Source: Trichoplax adhaerens (lineage: Eukaryota > Animalia > Placozoa). Taken from it: a DNA stretch of 64,000 bases. Numbering within the stretch: the stretch's first letter is position 1; every line of letters starts with the position of its first letter. Shown here in pieces: positions 1 to 14,732 of the stretch. The notes below the pieces were generated by a model. The model searched no databases and was not told the origin of the DNA. It saw only the letters and a program-made list of their open reading frames with translations. The position numbers and the translations under genes are program-made. The stretch spans positions 2,840,106-2,904,105 of the forward strand of contig NW_002060950.1 of NCBI RefSeq assembly GCF_000150275.1, given 5' to 3'.

Positions 1-2215
1 TAGACAGTAATCAAAAAATAGACATTTTTGATTTTGAATTGCTCTTCATCTATTAAATATAGATGAGCTATCCTACTCCCCCAACCTCGACATCCACAAT
101 AACGTATTGATTCAATAACATTTTCTCATCTCTTGCAAATAAAATGATGATGCATCCTTTTGACTCATTTTCTAGAATAATGCAAAATAGAGAATTTTGA
201 TCATTTGAATTCATTTTCTTTCCAATGTTGTTGACCAAGATAATACTTGATGTTTACCTGAGTTAGGTAATAGTCATAAAAGATTCATATTAACTTTGAT
301 CCAGTCATGCTGACTGATAATCTTTTTATAGCCAATTTGATGTTGGTGAGAAATTGGTGATATTACTCATATTACACCGCTAGATAATATAATACTTTCT
401 TAATTAGAAAAGCAAACAACAGGCTGTGTACTGTAGAGGGTGTTTTCTTATAGCTATTGTTTTTCCTTGAGCTCAAAAGTGGTGATTCTAGTCCAATCGA
501 GTTGGAAGATAGTTTATTATATAGTGTCTTTGCAACATTTTTCATGGGCATAATGATGATCATCGTGCTGCTAACCAAGGAGATAGCTTTTCTAAGCTTG
601 ATTGCTGTCACCTTGTATGACAATTGCATAAGTCTACCGTCGTTGTGTACGACAGCTGTATTGAAAATATTGAATCCAAAATGTGCTCTGATTCCTTTGG
701 CTCTGGCTTCAGGAGTAAATAAAAAATGCCATTTATTAAAGTAATCCAGTAGCTAATGGCTATTACTGGAGTAAGTATTGATTAACTATTTAAAATCAAT
801 AGTCTTTTTTTTTAATATCTGCGGTCGTATGAACATTGAATGATTTATTGGCCTTTACACACCCATTCGTGATGGGCTGCTCCAACTTTCACCCTCCCAA
901 TGATGGAAAAAATTTGCTTAATAGCCTTATTTCAATTAATATGCTATTGTACATGTTGTTTTTTACCAATTAGCATATTTTTTTCATTGATTAAGTGGAC
1001 GAGAAAAGAAGGATGAATAGACTAGAAAGGGGGAAAAAAATTGATCAATTAATACGTTGAAGACGATATATTATTATGGAATAATTTTCGTTATAAACAA
1101 AGCGTTATCAATGGCTAACTCATGATTATGATGTCCAGTAGGTGATCATATTGTCTAGTAGAAGACATTGTAATAGAATAATAAAATATCATCAATATCT
1201 CCTACTATCAATTGATGAAAATTTATAGACAGCCTTAAGCTAGCATTGAAATTGAATGAGATTAAACTGTAATGCATGATAGTATACGAGGCATTAAAGT
1301 TAAAAGTCATCAAATATCACCTTGATGAAATTAGATCAGTTATGCTTGATAAATGATCCATTTATTTTGATCGATGATACCATAATATAATGAGTTAAAA
1401 GGTTCAAAAATGGATGGATAGCATGATATATCATTCAGTAAATGAGGTAGTTTATCAGTATTATCCTTCGGCTCAGTTAGATAGTCAATGTAGGCATCTT
1501 GTAGTAAAGTGGGATGCCCTTATTGACATTGAAATTGAATTTTATACCAGTATTTGTTCAAGCATGTTAGAATTGCTCAATCGGCTCGATCATTGATTGT
1601 CCGTTGGAAAAAATTTCATTTTTCTATTCTATTTTTTTTCTCCTTTTTTTTATTTTTTTCTATCCACTGATGTTGAGGCAATTGATTCTAATTTATACTT
1701 TCAAAATAAGACGAATAGACTGTTTAAAAGTTAACGATGTTGTTAGCTTAATGCTCTTCAACTAGAATAACAATCGATGACATCTTTTAATAATAGACTA
1801 ATGCATCTAAATGATTTGCAGATTTGAATCCAATACATTATAGACGTCATGGGGTGCAAGTTTATTCTCGTCACCAAGAGTAGTATATAATAGACGGCAT
1901 ATTTGATTGACAAGTCATTTTTTGAAGGAGTAATTGAATAGAAAGAAGTTAAGTAGTGATCTTCTCATTAGTCGTATATAGCCCCCACTAACTATCGTGT
2001 GTGACCTGTAGCGACTGATGAACTTTGCTATCACTTGTATTAATTGAAACAGATTTAACCATTCCATCTTTCTGCTGGGCTGCTATTCAAGTTATACCTA
2101 TAATCAACATTCCATTTTTTTCCTCTTGGATCTACTGGAGTGATCGTTATATCATTATTATTATTCTATAGAAAATATTTCTTGTCTTAATCATACTTAT
2201 ATTACCACATTCAAA

Positions 2216-5200
2216 ATGCATAATTATCCATCGTTGAAACGGACTACTGCCATCCTTATTTTATTACTGGCTTTAATGGTATGGAGCGATAATGTGCAAT
2301 GTTGCCCAACTCTATGCCAATGTCAGAGAAAAGCAGTCAGTTGCCGAGGTGCTGGATTGACTGTCATACCTAGAAGTATTCCGCAAGATATTGAACGATT
2401 GTAAGTATCATCATGCAAATTGTTTGCCTACGATACCATTTCTTCCTGGTATCTTTTTACCTCTTATCCATATTGTCTGGTAGGCACTACTTTAATCGAT
2501 CGATAACCAAGATAATCTCTTTCTGCCTATCTTTGGTTCTTGCTTTCTATCTCTCTTTCTGTCTCTCTTGCCATACTTTGATAACCTTTTTGTACTACTA
2601 TCATCATTTATTCCATTCTAGACAACCATTTAAAATTGTATAATTTGCCCTCCAAAAAAAACAACCCTGTCCCGTTGAGGCATGCAATCGAGATGAATTG
2701 ATCGAGGCTTTTCAATCCAGTTCAAAAAAATCTTTTTATTACTACAGTACATTGTAAGACATCAATATCATCGTCTGTTGGTCCAATAGCCCTTGCGATC
2801 AAGAGATTGAAATAACACTTATTTTATGAGTGCTCTAAATAGGCCTTGCTTATAACTTATCATCTTTATTTCTTTATCTACAATGAACTGATTGATCATT
2901 TATTCATCTGACATTAATGATGATATTGACCACTCGCTAAGATTACTCATTTTTTCAACATCCTATTGCAAGAGGAAATCAATGATAGCATTTTGAACCA
3001 ATTTGCTTACGAGATCAATGTTAGAAAAAACTTCATTTATACGATTTGTTAAAGCGGAAATACAATTGGATATGTCTGACCGCTACGTCTCTATCTATAG
3101 CACTCTCTAGACTTGATTGAATATTCCATATGGATGTCGCTATTCCACTTCTTCAATCAATTTCATCCTATAGTGACGAACAATTAAGATCAATCCTACA
3201 ACTTTGTTGCATTAAAGTTGTGCATAAATTGCTCAGATTTCTCTATCATTTTTAATTTTTTTTTTACTTCAGTTGAACATCACTTTTATTATCCATTTTG
3301 GTTATCAATGCTATTTTTTTTATCATGCATTATGGAAGTATTGTCGAATTTTAATAGTTCATTATTTCCTCGATAGAAAATTCATTCATCCTACGTGAAT
3401 GGTGATATTAAATTCTTTTTTTATTCCATTGACAGGGATTTCAGTAATAACAGCTTAACTTCAATCACAATCACCGATTTTATGGCTTTTAATAGATTGA
3501 AGACATTGTAAGTTGCAATTATTTCAGCTTTAGTCGAAAAAAGTCGGATCTCAAATTGAAGCTCCGACTGCATGTATAAGTAGAAAATTCTCCTTCTATA
3601 AATGGATTGTTTAAGTTTATTTATTTAATTGGCTTCGATGATTGGATTGAGAATTGATTCATCGCCATGTCGTATATCGTATAAATATTGTATAAATAAG
3701 ATCTGTAACAAAAATATCATATTAATTATATCGTTGATGAAGATAACCTTATCCTCGATTAGCATTCAATTACAAGTTCTATCATTTTGAATCTATGACA
3801 GGAATTTATCATCCAATGCTATAAAAGAAATACAACCGGGCAGCTTTGATAAATTGATCGTCTTGGAAAAACTGTAAGTCAACATTGATGATCTAGTCTG
3901 CAGTTCTAATCTTCATGAATGATATTTTAGATAATAAAATATTGCAATAAAAACATAAGTGAAGGAGGCGTACGCAATAGCGACGATATATCCAGTTGTC
4001 ATCTTGCCAGCCCACCAACGCAATACATGATATTTATTAAGTAGCTTAAAAAAATAAGCCCCAAAATGGATTGATATAGGATCAAGTTGATCAATAAGAT
4101 GATGTCAATGTCGCTGTGTTGTGTTGCTTTCTGACAAGGAAAATCAATTCATTTGATAAATAAGATGTCATAGAGCTATGGTTATAATATTTTTTGTTCT
4201 ACCCTATGGAACTCTCCATGGCTAACTCTACTTGATCAATTTATCTTATTTATTATTTTTTTTAATTTGAAATTGGACGCCACTTGACTAGACTTGGCAC
4301 CAGTTTTTTTCTCAAATGACCGCTTGAAGGATAACTCCATTGAGTCGATTTTTATAGCAAATCTTATATTCTACTAGTAAAATGCAAGAGATCACCTTAT
4401 GATCATTGATTTATCAGATAAGTGATACATTTCTAAAGTATGATCTAAGTGGCTTACTCAACTCGATTGCATTGACGAAGACAATTTAACAACGTCATTT
4501 TATACAAAATTTTTTTTGATGGCTGATGACATAATGTACTTAGTTTTTTGTCTCAACATGCCCAAAATGTAATGTTTGTTTGCTTAATCGAAAGACCAAC
4601 ATTTTATTGTTTGATTAATCACTGGTCCGCATCTACTTTTAGTCGATGACAAGATATCTTGGGCGGTCTAGCGTATGCGTGTATGCGTGTCTTGTGACAA
4701 AAAAGAGATATCCCGTAAAAACTGTCTAGTGCTGATTCATCATTGCAGCTTGTAGCTTGACCTAACGTAGAAGAATATTAAGCATTGCATTTTATTTTAT
4801 TCTATTCCATCATGATACAAAGTGAATGCTATTACAGTTCCCATCCAAGCGACAATTATAGCTGCTTATTCTATAGAGTTAAAACGAGCTAACATTATTT
4901 TTTATATTCGTATTCATATGATGATTAGCGCCATTAAGTAGAATAATCATTCCATTATTATAATATTAATTAATTAATAAGGTTACAGTGTCATTAACGA
5001 CAATCGATCGCCTTGAATAGCAATCGGCTTGAATTAAGTAATACAAAAAGAATTGTTTTTTATTCATGGCCAATAAGATGCCAACCTCAAATTATTTGAT
5101 AGGGCCTAATTCAATATCAATGATCACATTCTATTATTGCTCTTGTAGGCTATATTAGAGAGCAATAATGGCCATCGAGCTCCTTCTAAAGTAACAATAA

Positions 5201-8200
5201 ACATTAAATTATAACAATGATCGATATAATAGGCTCTAAAAATTGGATAATAGAATCACTCTTTAAGTTTTTGCTAAAAACTAGTCTATTGCTACGTCAA
5301 GACGGTAGCTTTTTTTATCCTAAAATGATACACAGAGAATTTATTTTAATAGAGAAAAGAATTAGACCGTAATACAGATAGTAGTGGTAGATCATTTTCC
5401 CATCATGATGATCATACTATACTGGGAAATATCAAACTATCTTTAAATTCGTATGATTGCTTAATACATCATGCTGATCGATATGAACTTCTTACACTTC
5501 ATTTTTTTTTATACGCAAAACGTACTTATACCAAGTAATCGTAAGTGATTTCGGTATTATAGAAGATAATCATTTGTATCTAATATCTGCCCATATTTAA
5601 TGTAGCATCTGTTTGCAGTATTTTCGGCAACACTAATACAAATAAACAAATATGATTTAACACGGTGTAGTAGTTTGTAACATTATCGTCAAGATGATTC
5701 AATTAAGTTTAGCATATAAATAATTGAAATTTAGACGTCTATAATCTAATTATGACTAACATTTTTTTGGCACGTATTTCAAGCAAGCTTGCACTAGCCT
5801 CTTTCTCTTGTTTTCAACAAATGATTTTATTGAATCAAAGTAGATAAAAGTGTATAAACTTAAATCAAATTTTCTTTCCCTTTAAATCGACAACAATAGA
5901 GTTGGAGCTTTTAATTTTATAATGTCAATATGGATTTATCAAGCAAGAAACACACCTTAATTATTCACATTTTCTTTGGTGGTCATATTTTTACAGCTGT
6001 TTTATCGAACGATAATCCTTTTTTTTCAGACAATACTATAGTATCATTTTTGCATTAATTTAATAAGAATACAGAGCAGATTTTTAGATAAGCAGATGTA
6101 TGTATATATATATAATATGTATATTGGATAGAAAATAATGGTAATATTTGCTCGTCGATTGAATCATAAAATCCTGCATTGACCTTCAAAATCTTGGCTT
6201 TCTCCATTTAAAATATGAATTTCTAGATTACTTGCTGGTAATAAACTGCATGAAATTCAAGACAAAGTATTCAACAAATTAAAATCACTCAAGCGCTTGT
6301 AAGTCTAACTAGATGGTTACAACTAAATTATTAATTAATAAATTTTTAGTCATACCGTAATATTGATCCACGTATACTAAAGGCATAAGGAAATAGTAGA
6401 CCAATAAGTCGATAACCTACGTGGTGGTGTGAAGGTTTTGTTTGTTATTGACATAAAATAGATCAATTTTGGGGGGTCGAACATCTTTACTTGATTCGAA
6501 TAAACAATATTAATGTTAGAGCGATGAGTCATACAAGCTGACCTTATCAGTTTAATAATTGAGCTAGAGTTCAGTTAAAATTGTCGAATTTTATTTTATC
6601 AATAAATTATACAATCTATCAATTATTTAATAATCAAGATAGATTTAATGAATTCATTTCCAGATGGACGATATTACATTCAATTATGAGCTTATTATCA
6701 ATCGATTAATATCTAATGTATCAGTCTATTGAATGAAGTTGATTAAAATTAAATTAATTATGGAAATAAAATTTTAATTTCATAAATAGTAATTTACAAT
6801 GTTGCAAAATTGCATTTCAATTTGCAATCAGCAGATTAGGAGATTAAATTAGCAATCTTCGCTTGATCTTCAAATTAATTTATAATCATCAATAAGACGA
6901 ATTATTTAATAAGGAATAATTCATTAATACCATATATTGTATTAGCTAACAATATGTTACCACCTTCTACTTATTGTCTATCATTCAAGGGACTTGGTGA
7001 ATAATCAAATATTGGATCTGGCTCCTAATAGCTTTAGCGGTTTATCCAAATTGAAATCTTTGTATGTCGACGTGACGTCATGATGAGATCATCTAATCAT
7101 TTTATTTTTAATTTCATCTCTAATAAATAGAACTTATAGCTATTAAGTTAACTATGCTGCAAGTTTACATCCAACTAATGTAGTCAGCTTGGAAATTCTG
7201 ATTTGATTGATTAACAATATGAAAATTATTTTATAGGCGCCTTGATCACAACTTTATTGATTGTGTACCAGCTACAAGCTTATCTGGCTTAAAGTCATTA
7301 TTAATCTTGTAAGCTATGAATCAATCGAATATGGACTATAAATAGAGTAGAGACAAAGATTTTTTTGATTCCAATTCATGAACTACTTTTAATATCACTC
7401 TTTAGGTCATTGACAGACAATAAATTAGTCTATTTTCGACATGAAGTTGTCAAGAAATTGGTATCTTTGCAAAAATTGTATGCTCAATAATTGAATATTT
7501 TTTCATTCTTGTATAATTAGAATTGGTTGTTTTAAATTCATATTTGGTAGCTATAAGCTAGATGATAGGATTAAAAAAGCAGTAAGATAGCTTGACAACA
7601 ACGACTTGTTTTTAACCTATGTCAACTAAGAATTTATACTTTATTAACATTACAGCTTTATTATGTAATAATACTATGATTCCTGTATTTATAATAGGCA
7701 TTTAAAAGTTAACCCTCTAAGTTGTAATTGTCATCTAAATTGGCTGGCTGATTTAAAAAATTCTCAACCCAAATTGCGAGTATTTGGCAAATGCCGAACT
7801 AAATTAGCTATTAATGGAAAGAAAACGTTCCCTCTTGGCAAGAACTTTACGTGCACTGGTAATTACATAATTTTGTAGATTCACTAAATTTTAACAAAGA
7901 TCTTTTACATAACAGTGCTGTCAAATATAGGTTATATCAACACTTATGATTAGCTAGAGGTTAAAGTTTTATTTTATTCTACCGCTAATTATATATAACA
8001 TCTTTAATATTTATATAAACAAAGATTTAATACAGCAAGAATAGTTTGTGACTTATAAAAATAAATAATATGTATTTTTCGTTCTCTAGAAAGCGAACGT
8101 CACATGAATTTGACATGTTCCTATATTCCAGCCTGCCCACAAAAATGCACGTGCATAGGCACGATTGTAGACTGCTCCAGGAAAAAGTTGACGGAAATTC

Positions 8201-11200
8201 CTCATCACCTTCCAATGGAAACTACTGACTTGTAAGTCTGAGTGATATAACGATATTATTAAATTTAATATTAAATTGTACAAGCATGTCTAATGGATCT
8301 GCGCACATTGAATAAAAAACTAGTTGATTCATATAGATATCTAGAGTAAGTTCTCCTTCATAAACTTTGATTTAGGCGTATATCTGGAAATAGAATAAGT
8401 TCAATCAAGTCATTTAGTTTAAGAAATCTTAAAAAGCTAGCAAAGATGTAAGTAATATGACCGCTCAAAGGGTGTCGACTTGTGTTCAATACTCAAAATA
8501 GATTGGAGCCAATTATGCATAATGATAGATTTCTACATTTAGCCTACTAAATTATCTTATGACTATTAAATAGATTGTTAAGCGTAAATTCATAAATTGC
8601 ATCTTAAACATATAAAATAGATAATATGAATTAAGATTATAATTATGTTATAATGCGTCATGGTTTTTGCTGATGCACCTAATGTGTATCAATTATATTT
8701 TAGTTTTCTGATCTTAAAAATTGATATAGTCAGATCTTAGGAAAAATACAAATATTGATTGTCTTATATATTTAGATAATTAGTAGGGATGCAATACGTG
8801 TATTAATTTAGTAGGTACAGTTTATGTAATGCATAAAAGTAGCGTAGGTTATTCTATTTGAATTGCTTCGTATTATCCAATAAAATTAACTGAGCTCATT
8901 CAAAGATTAGATATTTATAAAACTTACTTTAAGTATTAAAATTATTTCATTATCTCCTTTTAATTATTAATTTCTTTGGTTTTTACCTTATAAATTATGC
9001 TTTCAGAAGTTTTGTATTTTAAATATTGTCTGAATTCGTTTACAGCGATCTGAGCACTAATTTGATTGAAGATATACATCCTGAAGCATTTAAACACACC
9101 CCATCGCTGGAACAGTTGTAAGTGACGCAATATCAGAATATTTTTTCTAATAATTACATACCTAGACGGCTGAGGTGATAACCTTTTCAAAATGAGGTTA
9201 AAATTTTAATTATTTTTTTCTAGATTATTATTCAATAACAAACTTAAACACCTACCCACGAAAGTTTTCAATGGTTTATTTGATCTACGGGATCTGTAAG
9301 TTTGACTAATCAATCAATTAAAAATATCATTGCTGTAAATTAGGTAACCGCTGTTTATGTTCGGATAGATGCATTACTTATTGATATGCTCTGAGTATAC
9401 TAAACTGGTACATGATTGATTTTCAGAATTCTTGATGGCAATTATATTAGCTGTATCGATAAGGAAACGTTTCAGGATCAACAGAAACTAAAAATCTTGT
9501 AAGTTCGTAGAGTTGACAGTAAAAATTACTTATTTCATAATATTTGCACGTTAACACTAATTTTTAATTATGATTTAATTTTATAGATCAATTTCTCGTA
9601 ATAAATTATCCTCCTTAGTTTATGAAACTATAGATCCTTCCAAGCGTTTATTAAATATACAATCTATGTAAGTTTTGCATACTTGGAGCATTCTTATTAA
9701 GATCAAAATTGGTAGGCACTAATCGCGTAAGGTGTTACTAAGCTGTTAGTGTTTTTTTTTTTATGTAGATTGTTATCGGAAAATCCCTTTATATGTGATT
9801 GCAATTTACAATGGCTAAACCACCAATTAATTCACAACTCGACGATGCGGCAATTAATTCGTGGTACACTTATATGCAATGCGCCTAGGCGAATGGTAGG
9901 GAATGAAATTGGTTTAACGAGCTCATCTCAATTCATGTGCAAAGGTAAAGCGAGACAAACATGGTAGTTTTGCTTGAGCTGTTTTTCGAATACATAAGTG
10001 ACAATCATTTGTATAATGCATGATCATCTAACTCGTCTTCATCTATTTATTTAATCTATAAAAATTAATACATATTGGTTGGTCGGTAACATAGGTTCGG
10101 AGGGTCTAAGAACGAGCAAGGCAGGTAGCCAAAATTGTTTTATCGACTGGCCTTGCCCTAATAGTTGCACCTGCTCTGGCAGTAAAGTTACATGTAAAGG
10201 CAAGAAATTTACTGAAATTCCTGACAAAATTCCACGTTTAACAACAGAACTGTACGTATTTATTAGTAGACTTTCCGTAGTGATTCTTGTGATAAAGATA
10301 GCAGTATTCAAATGATAGTAACTATCATAGAGTTACCATAACAGAATGCTAGATAGTTGCTCACTATGCGAATGATGAATTAATTTGCTGGATTTCATTA
10401 TTGTTACCTTTTGTAGACGACTTGACAACAACGAGATTAGCGAAATAACAGCAGGGAAATTAGATGAATTAAAATATTTGGAATTTCTGTAAGTTGCTCA
10501 CAAGTTTGATTTAGTACGTAATCTTTATAGCGCGAAGCTTATAGTATTTATTAAAATTTATCGTGTATAATAATAGGAGTGTTAGCAAAAATAAAGTAAC
10601 CAAGATCGCTGATGGTGTCTTTAAAGATCTTCAGAACTTGAAGCACTTGTAAGCAAATAAATTTTATATTATTGTGTTGCATTATATCTTTATTACGTGT
10701 AAGCATTGAATCAACGATATTTTTCACATTTATTCAAGAGCCCTAACAGATAATGATTTAGAATCCCTATCTCCGATGCAGTTTTTGGGTTTAGCGAATT
10801 TGGAGAGATTGTACGTTTGCTAGTTATTGAAAACAGTATATTGTAATCATTTAATGACTAACTCGACTACTAAATCGATATTACAATTTAAGTAAATTTG
10901 CGAATGAGAGTTTAATGGCTTGTTGCATTAATTATTACGTATAGCTTTCCGTGAAATTTTATATCGTGGAATAGGCATGATCGTTTAAGTCCTCTACCCT
11001 TCCATTTATTTAGGTTTCTAACTCGCAATAAAATCAAATGCTTAAACGAAGATACATTTCAATACTTGCCTAATTTACAATATTTGTAAGTGATTAGCTG
11101 AAATTGTTCGTGTAAACTATTAAGAAATGTTCGAAAATTGATAGATCCCACAGATAATAAATTGTTTAAATTCAATTTTATAGATTTTTACCAGAGAATC

Positions 11201-14200
11201 AGATTGTTAACATTGAAGAAGGAACATTTAGTTACTTCAAATCTCTAAATGTCCTGTAAGAGCAAACTATGCATCTTAGTATCATTTATTTAAGTATTTG
11301 AAATTAAGTTTGCCAATATTGCAGCTACCGCAACTGCAATTATCTATAGCTTATTTTGGCTTTGAATATCGTTAATTTGTAATGATTAAATTGTTAATCA
11401 TTTTGTCATCAGACGCCTTGCCGAAAATCCTTTGGTGTGTGATTGCTATCTTAAATGGCTAGCTGAATGGCTAAGGAAGCAAAATGTGAAAGCAGATAGT
11501 GTACAATGTTTCAAGCCAGACAACTTTCATGGTTATGAAATTGATAATATGAAAGCTTCATCATTTCAATGCTTAGGTATAGCTTTCTTCAGTACTGACT
11601 TCTTTTCGCTACTCATCAATTTATGATTAAAATATCAGTACAGCTTAGAAATGGTTTTCAAAACTAACTAGGAAAAAGAAAAGATCGATGCGAAGCAGTA
11701 AATCACTGCCCCGACGGATGCAGTTGCTACGGAACGGAAGTTGATTGTAATCGCCGCGGATTAACCACTGTTCCATCATTAATTCCAACGGATACTACAC
11801 AACTGTAAGTGAGAAGGATGGATACATGAATAAGCAAAAATTAAATAAGTAGTGTAAAATATCAATTTCTGCTGAACTGAATATGCTATTCCTGAACATC
11901 AGCATGGGATATTAATAACGTTTTCTACTGGGAAAGAATGTACTTTCTTTAATCAAGAGCTCTAAATTTAAGCTGGTCGTTATTTTCTATCTTTCAGGGA
12001 CTTAAGTCACAATAATATAACTGTCATCCCAGATTTTGCCTTTAAAAATTTAGCTCGACTGCAATATTTGTAAGTATGGAATTGATTTAGATATTGCAAT
12101 ATCATTTGACCTTCATATGAAAAATCGAGTAATGACTATGATAGATATTTGCTGATTTATAGTTATACATTTATTTATAACCGTATAGAATCTTAAATGG
12201 GAATAAGATTGGATGCTTGTCAAACGTTAATGCTTTCGCTGGACTTTATTCATTACAGTACCTGTATGTATTAACAGAGATTGTGATTTTATAGTAATTC
12301 ATTTGAACTAAATGATATTACATTTTATTACGTGATCATCAGGTTTTTATTTAACAATCAAATTACAACTATTAAGGAGAATATTTTCGATGATCTTGTA
12401 TCATTAGTTAAGATGTAAGTATTTTATAGATATAAGAGTTGTTTTCCTACGTTATGTTAATGAGTCGATGTACGATTTGATTAAGGTTTATAAATGATTG
12501 ATTATTATAATTATTATAAAGTGATCATATAGTCTAATTTGTAAGCTTGTTGATCAATTGCATTACGTGATTACTTGCTATTAATTTCTTTATAGCTCCT
12601 TAGAAGATAACTCATTATATTGCGATTGTAACATAACATGGTTGCGGGAGTATCTACTACAGAAAAATGTTGTCTCTTCGGGAGTTAAATGTAAAGGTCC
12701 ATTAAAATTACGAAACCAGTTTCTTAAAAGGTTAAATGAAGGACAACTCGTATGCAATGAAGGTTAGTAAGATCACAAATTTATCAATAGATGAATCATT
12801 AATATCTAGAAAACATTATATAAAAACTAACTAATAATAATTAATTGAATGATTTGTAGATAGTACAGCAGTACAACATACTTGCAATCCTTGCTTGGCA
12901 AAGCCTTGTGCCAATAATGGGGTATGCTTTAATCAAGGCAATGGCCGATATAGATGTAAATGTCCAAAGGGTTACAAAGGTACTCAGTGTGAACAAAAAA
13001 TCGTAACTTGTAGTCGTGCAATAAATTGCGGACCAAATACGGATTATTGCTTTGAAGATGCAGATCGATTTCAGTATTGTAAATGTTTAAAAGGATTTAT
13101 TGGAGACCGATGTGATACCAAGGATAAGTGCTACTCTAATCCTTGCCAGAATAATGGCAAATGTACCTATATACATAGTGATTTTTTATGTCGTTGTGAA
13201 GCTGGTTTTACGGGCAGTTTATGTCAAACGAAGCTTGAATCATGTCATGGCTACTGTAAAAATGGTGGTTCATGCCAGTATAATTTTAAAGGCGATCGCT
13301 TTTGTAATTGTTTTGCGGACTTTACTGGCCCCATTTGCCAACATAGTATTCAAGATTATTGTTCATTAGCTGATCGACCATGTGCAAATGGTGGTGTTTG
13401 TACCAATAATCTAAAGGCGCAAAACTATACATGTTCTTGTCCTTATGGATTTACTGGACCACGCTGTGAACTCATCGATGAAAGATGTATTGGCAATAAC
13501 TGTACTAATGGAGCTACATGTACATCATCAACTGTTAATACCGGTTATTTATGTCTTTGTCCGTATGGTTTTGCCGGAAAATACTGTGATATCTGTGTCA
13601 AATGCCAAAATGGAGGTAAATGTGTTACGAATGAAACTGGTAGCCATCTTTGCGTATGTCCTGATGGCTTTACAGGAGATGAATGCCAAAATATTCATAA
13701 AGTTAGTTTTATATCAACGAACTCTTATATTAAGATGCCTGGACCTAGTATTGATGAGGTATTAACATCCGCTTCAACGATCAGTTTAAGCATGAAATTT
13801 TCAACGTACACAAGTAGTGGTTTGGTAGCATATGATGGTGGTATGGATGATTTTATTTCTGTCGAGGTTGTTAACGGTAAAATCGTTGTTACAAGTACAC
13901 TATGGGGCTATCCAACACGAATTCAATCAGAGCAATCAGTTAATGACGGCGTAAAGCATTCTTTGACAATATCCATTGCTAGGAAACAACTTACAGCAGT
14001 AATTGATAATATTTATATGTATACGACTGAGTTATTTCCTAGCAAAGCGGAAATTGATTTTGCCTCTGGATTTTTCTTGGGTGGAATACCTGTTGGATTA
14101 AAACACTTAGCCGGAACACAAAATCAAATTTTGTCTGGTTATGGTTTTGTCGGTTGTATTAATGACGTTGTTATTAATAACACGATGCAATATTTCCACC

Positions 14201-14732
14201 TGAATAGAAATTTAAAAGAAAATCGAGATATTATGATTGGCTGCACGATTAGGAATACCCCTTTTACATCTTCATATGATCCATGCGTGGATAATCCGTG
14301 TCCCAAAGAGTCATATTGTGTAAAATTTGAAGGCTCAGGAAATATAACACGTACATGTTTAGAAAGTACGTAGATATTTTCTTAATTTAAATTGCAATAA
14401 ATTGTTTTAGAGGAGCACCGATAAGAAAGATTTAATATACGAAAATGAATTAATAAGTAATTATTATCATTTTTTTTTGAATTAAAATTGTAGATTGCTA
14501 TCGAAAAACTGGTGTAGGTCACGTCTATCTGGATGGATGTGTTAGTACGAAAAAAGTAAGATATAGTACATGTATGTCACAAAATGAAAGTCCTTCCCAA
14601 TCCTGCTTTAGCGATGCAGCTATCGATCCAAAACCAGTATTTTATCGTTGTGGTACCCGCAGTGACGTAAAATTAAAAGTTGCCGCAAAAGCTCAGCTGT
14701 GTAACTGTAAAACATGTAACATACGCGAATAA
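2216..14732 (+). CDS. slit: Slit-family secreted protein: signal peptide, 4 LRR domains, 7 EGF repeats, laminin-G, a partial EGF and a C-terminal cystine-knot-like domain; multi-exon
   Basis: Exon 1 (2216-2400) encodes a signal peptide and LRRNT ([14 protein letters not shown]). Many 72-nt phase-2 GT-AG exons each encode one LRR, e.g. 3436-3507 [24 protein letters not shown], 3802-3873, 6227-6298, 6990-7061, 7237-7308, 7406-7477. LRRCT exons ([28 protein letters not shown]) start near 7698, 9770, 11413 and 12596. LRRNT exons start near 8090, 10094 and 11672. One exon (12860-14365) holds the EGF repeats and LamG. The last exon (14494-14732) reads [29 protein letters not shown]. The domain order is diagnostic of Slit. 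Confidence 0.95.

Noticed and set aside
372-744. Overlapping 85-aa and 95-aa ORFs upstream of Slit
   Set aside because: No recognisable domain or splice support; consistent with random ORFs in AT-rich DNA.
12895-14373. 492-aa EGF/LamG ORF as a stand-alone Notch- or Crumbs-like gene
   Set aside because: It starts at TTG, is bounded by splice sites (12860, 14365) and joins the LRR exons in frame as part of Slit.
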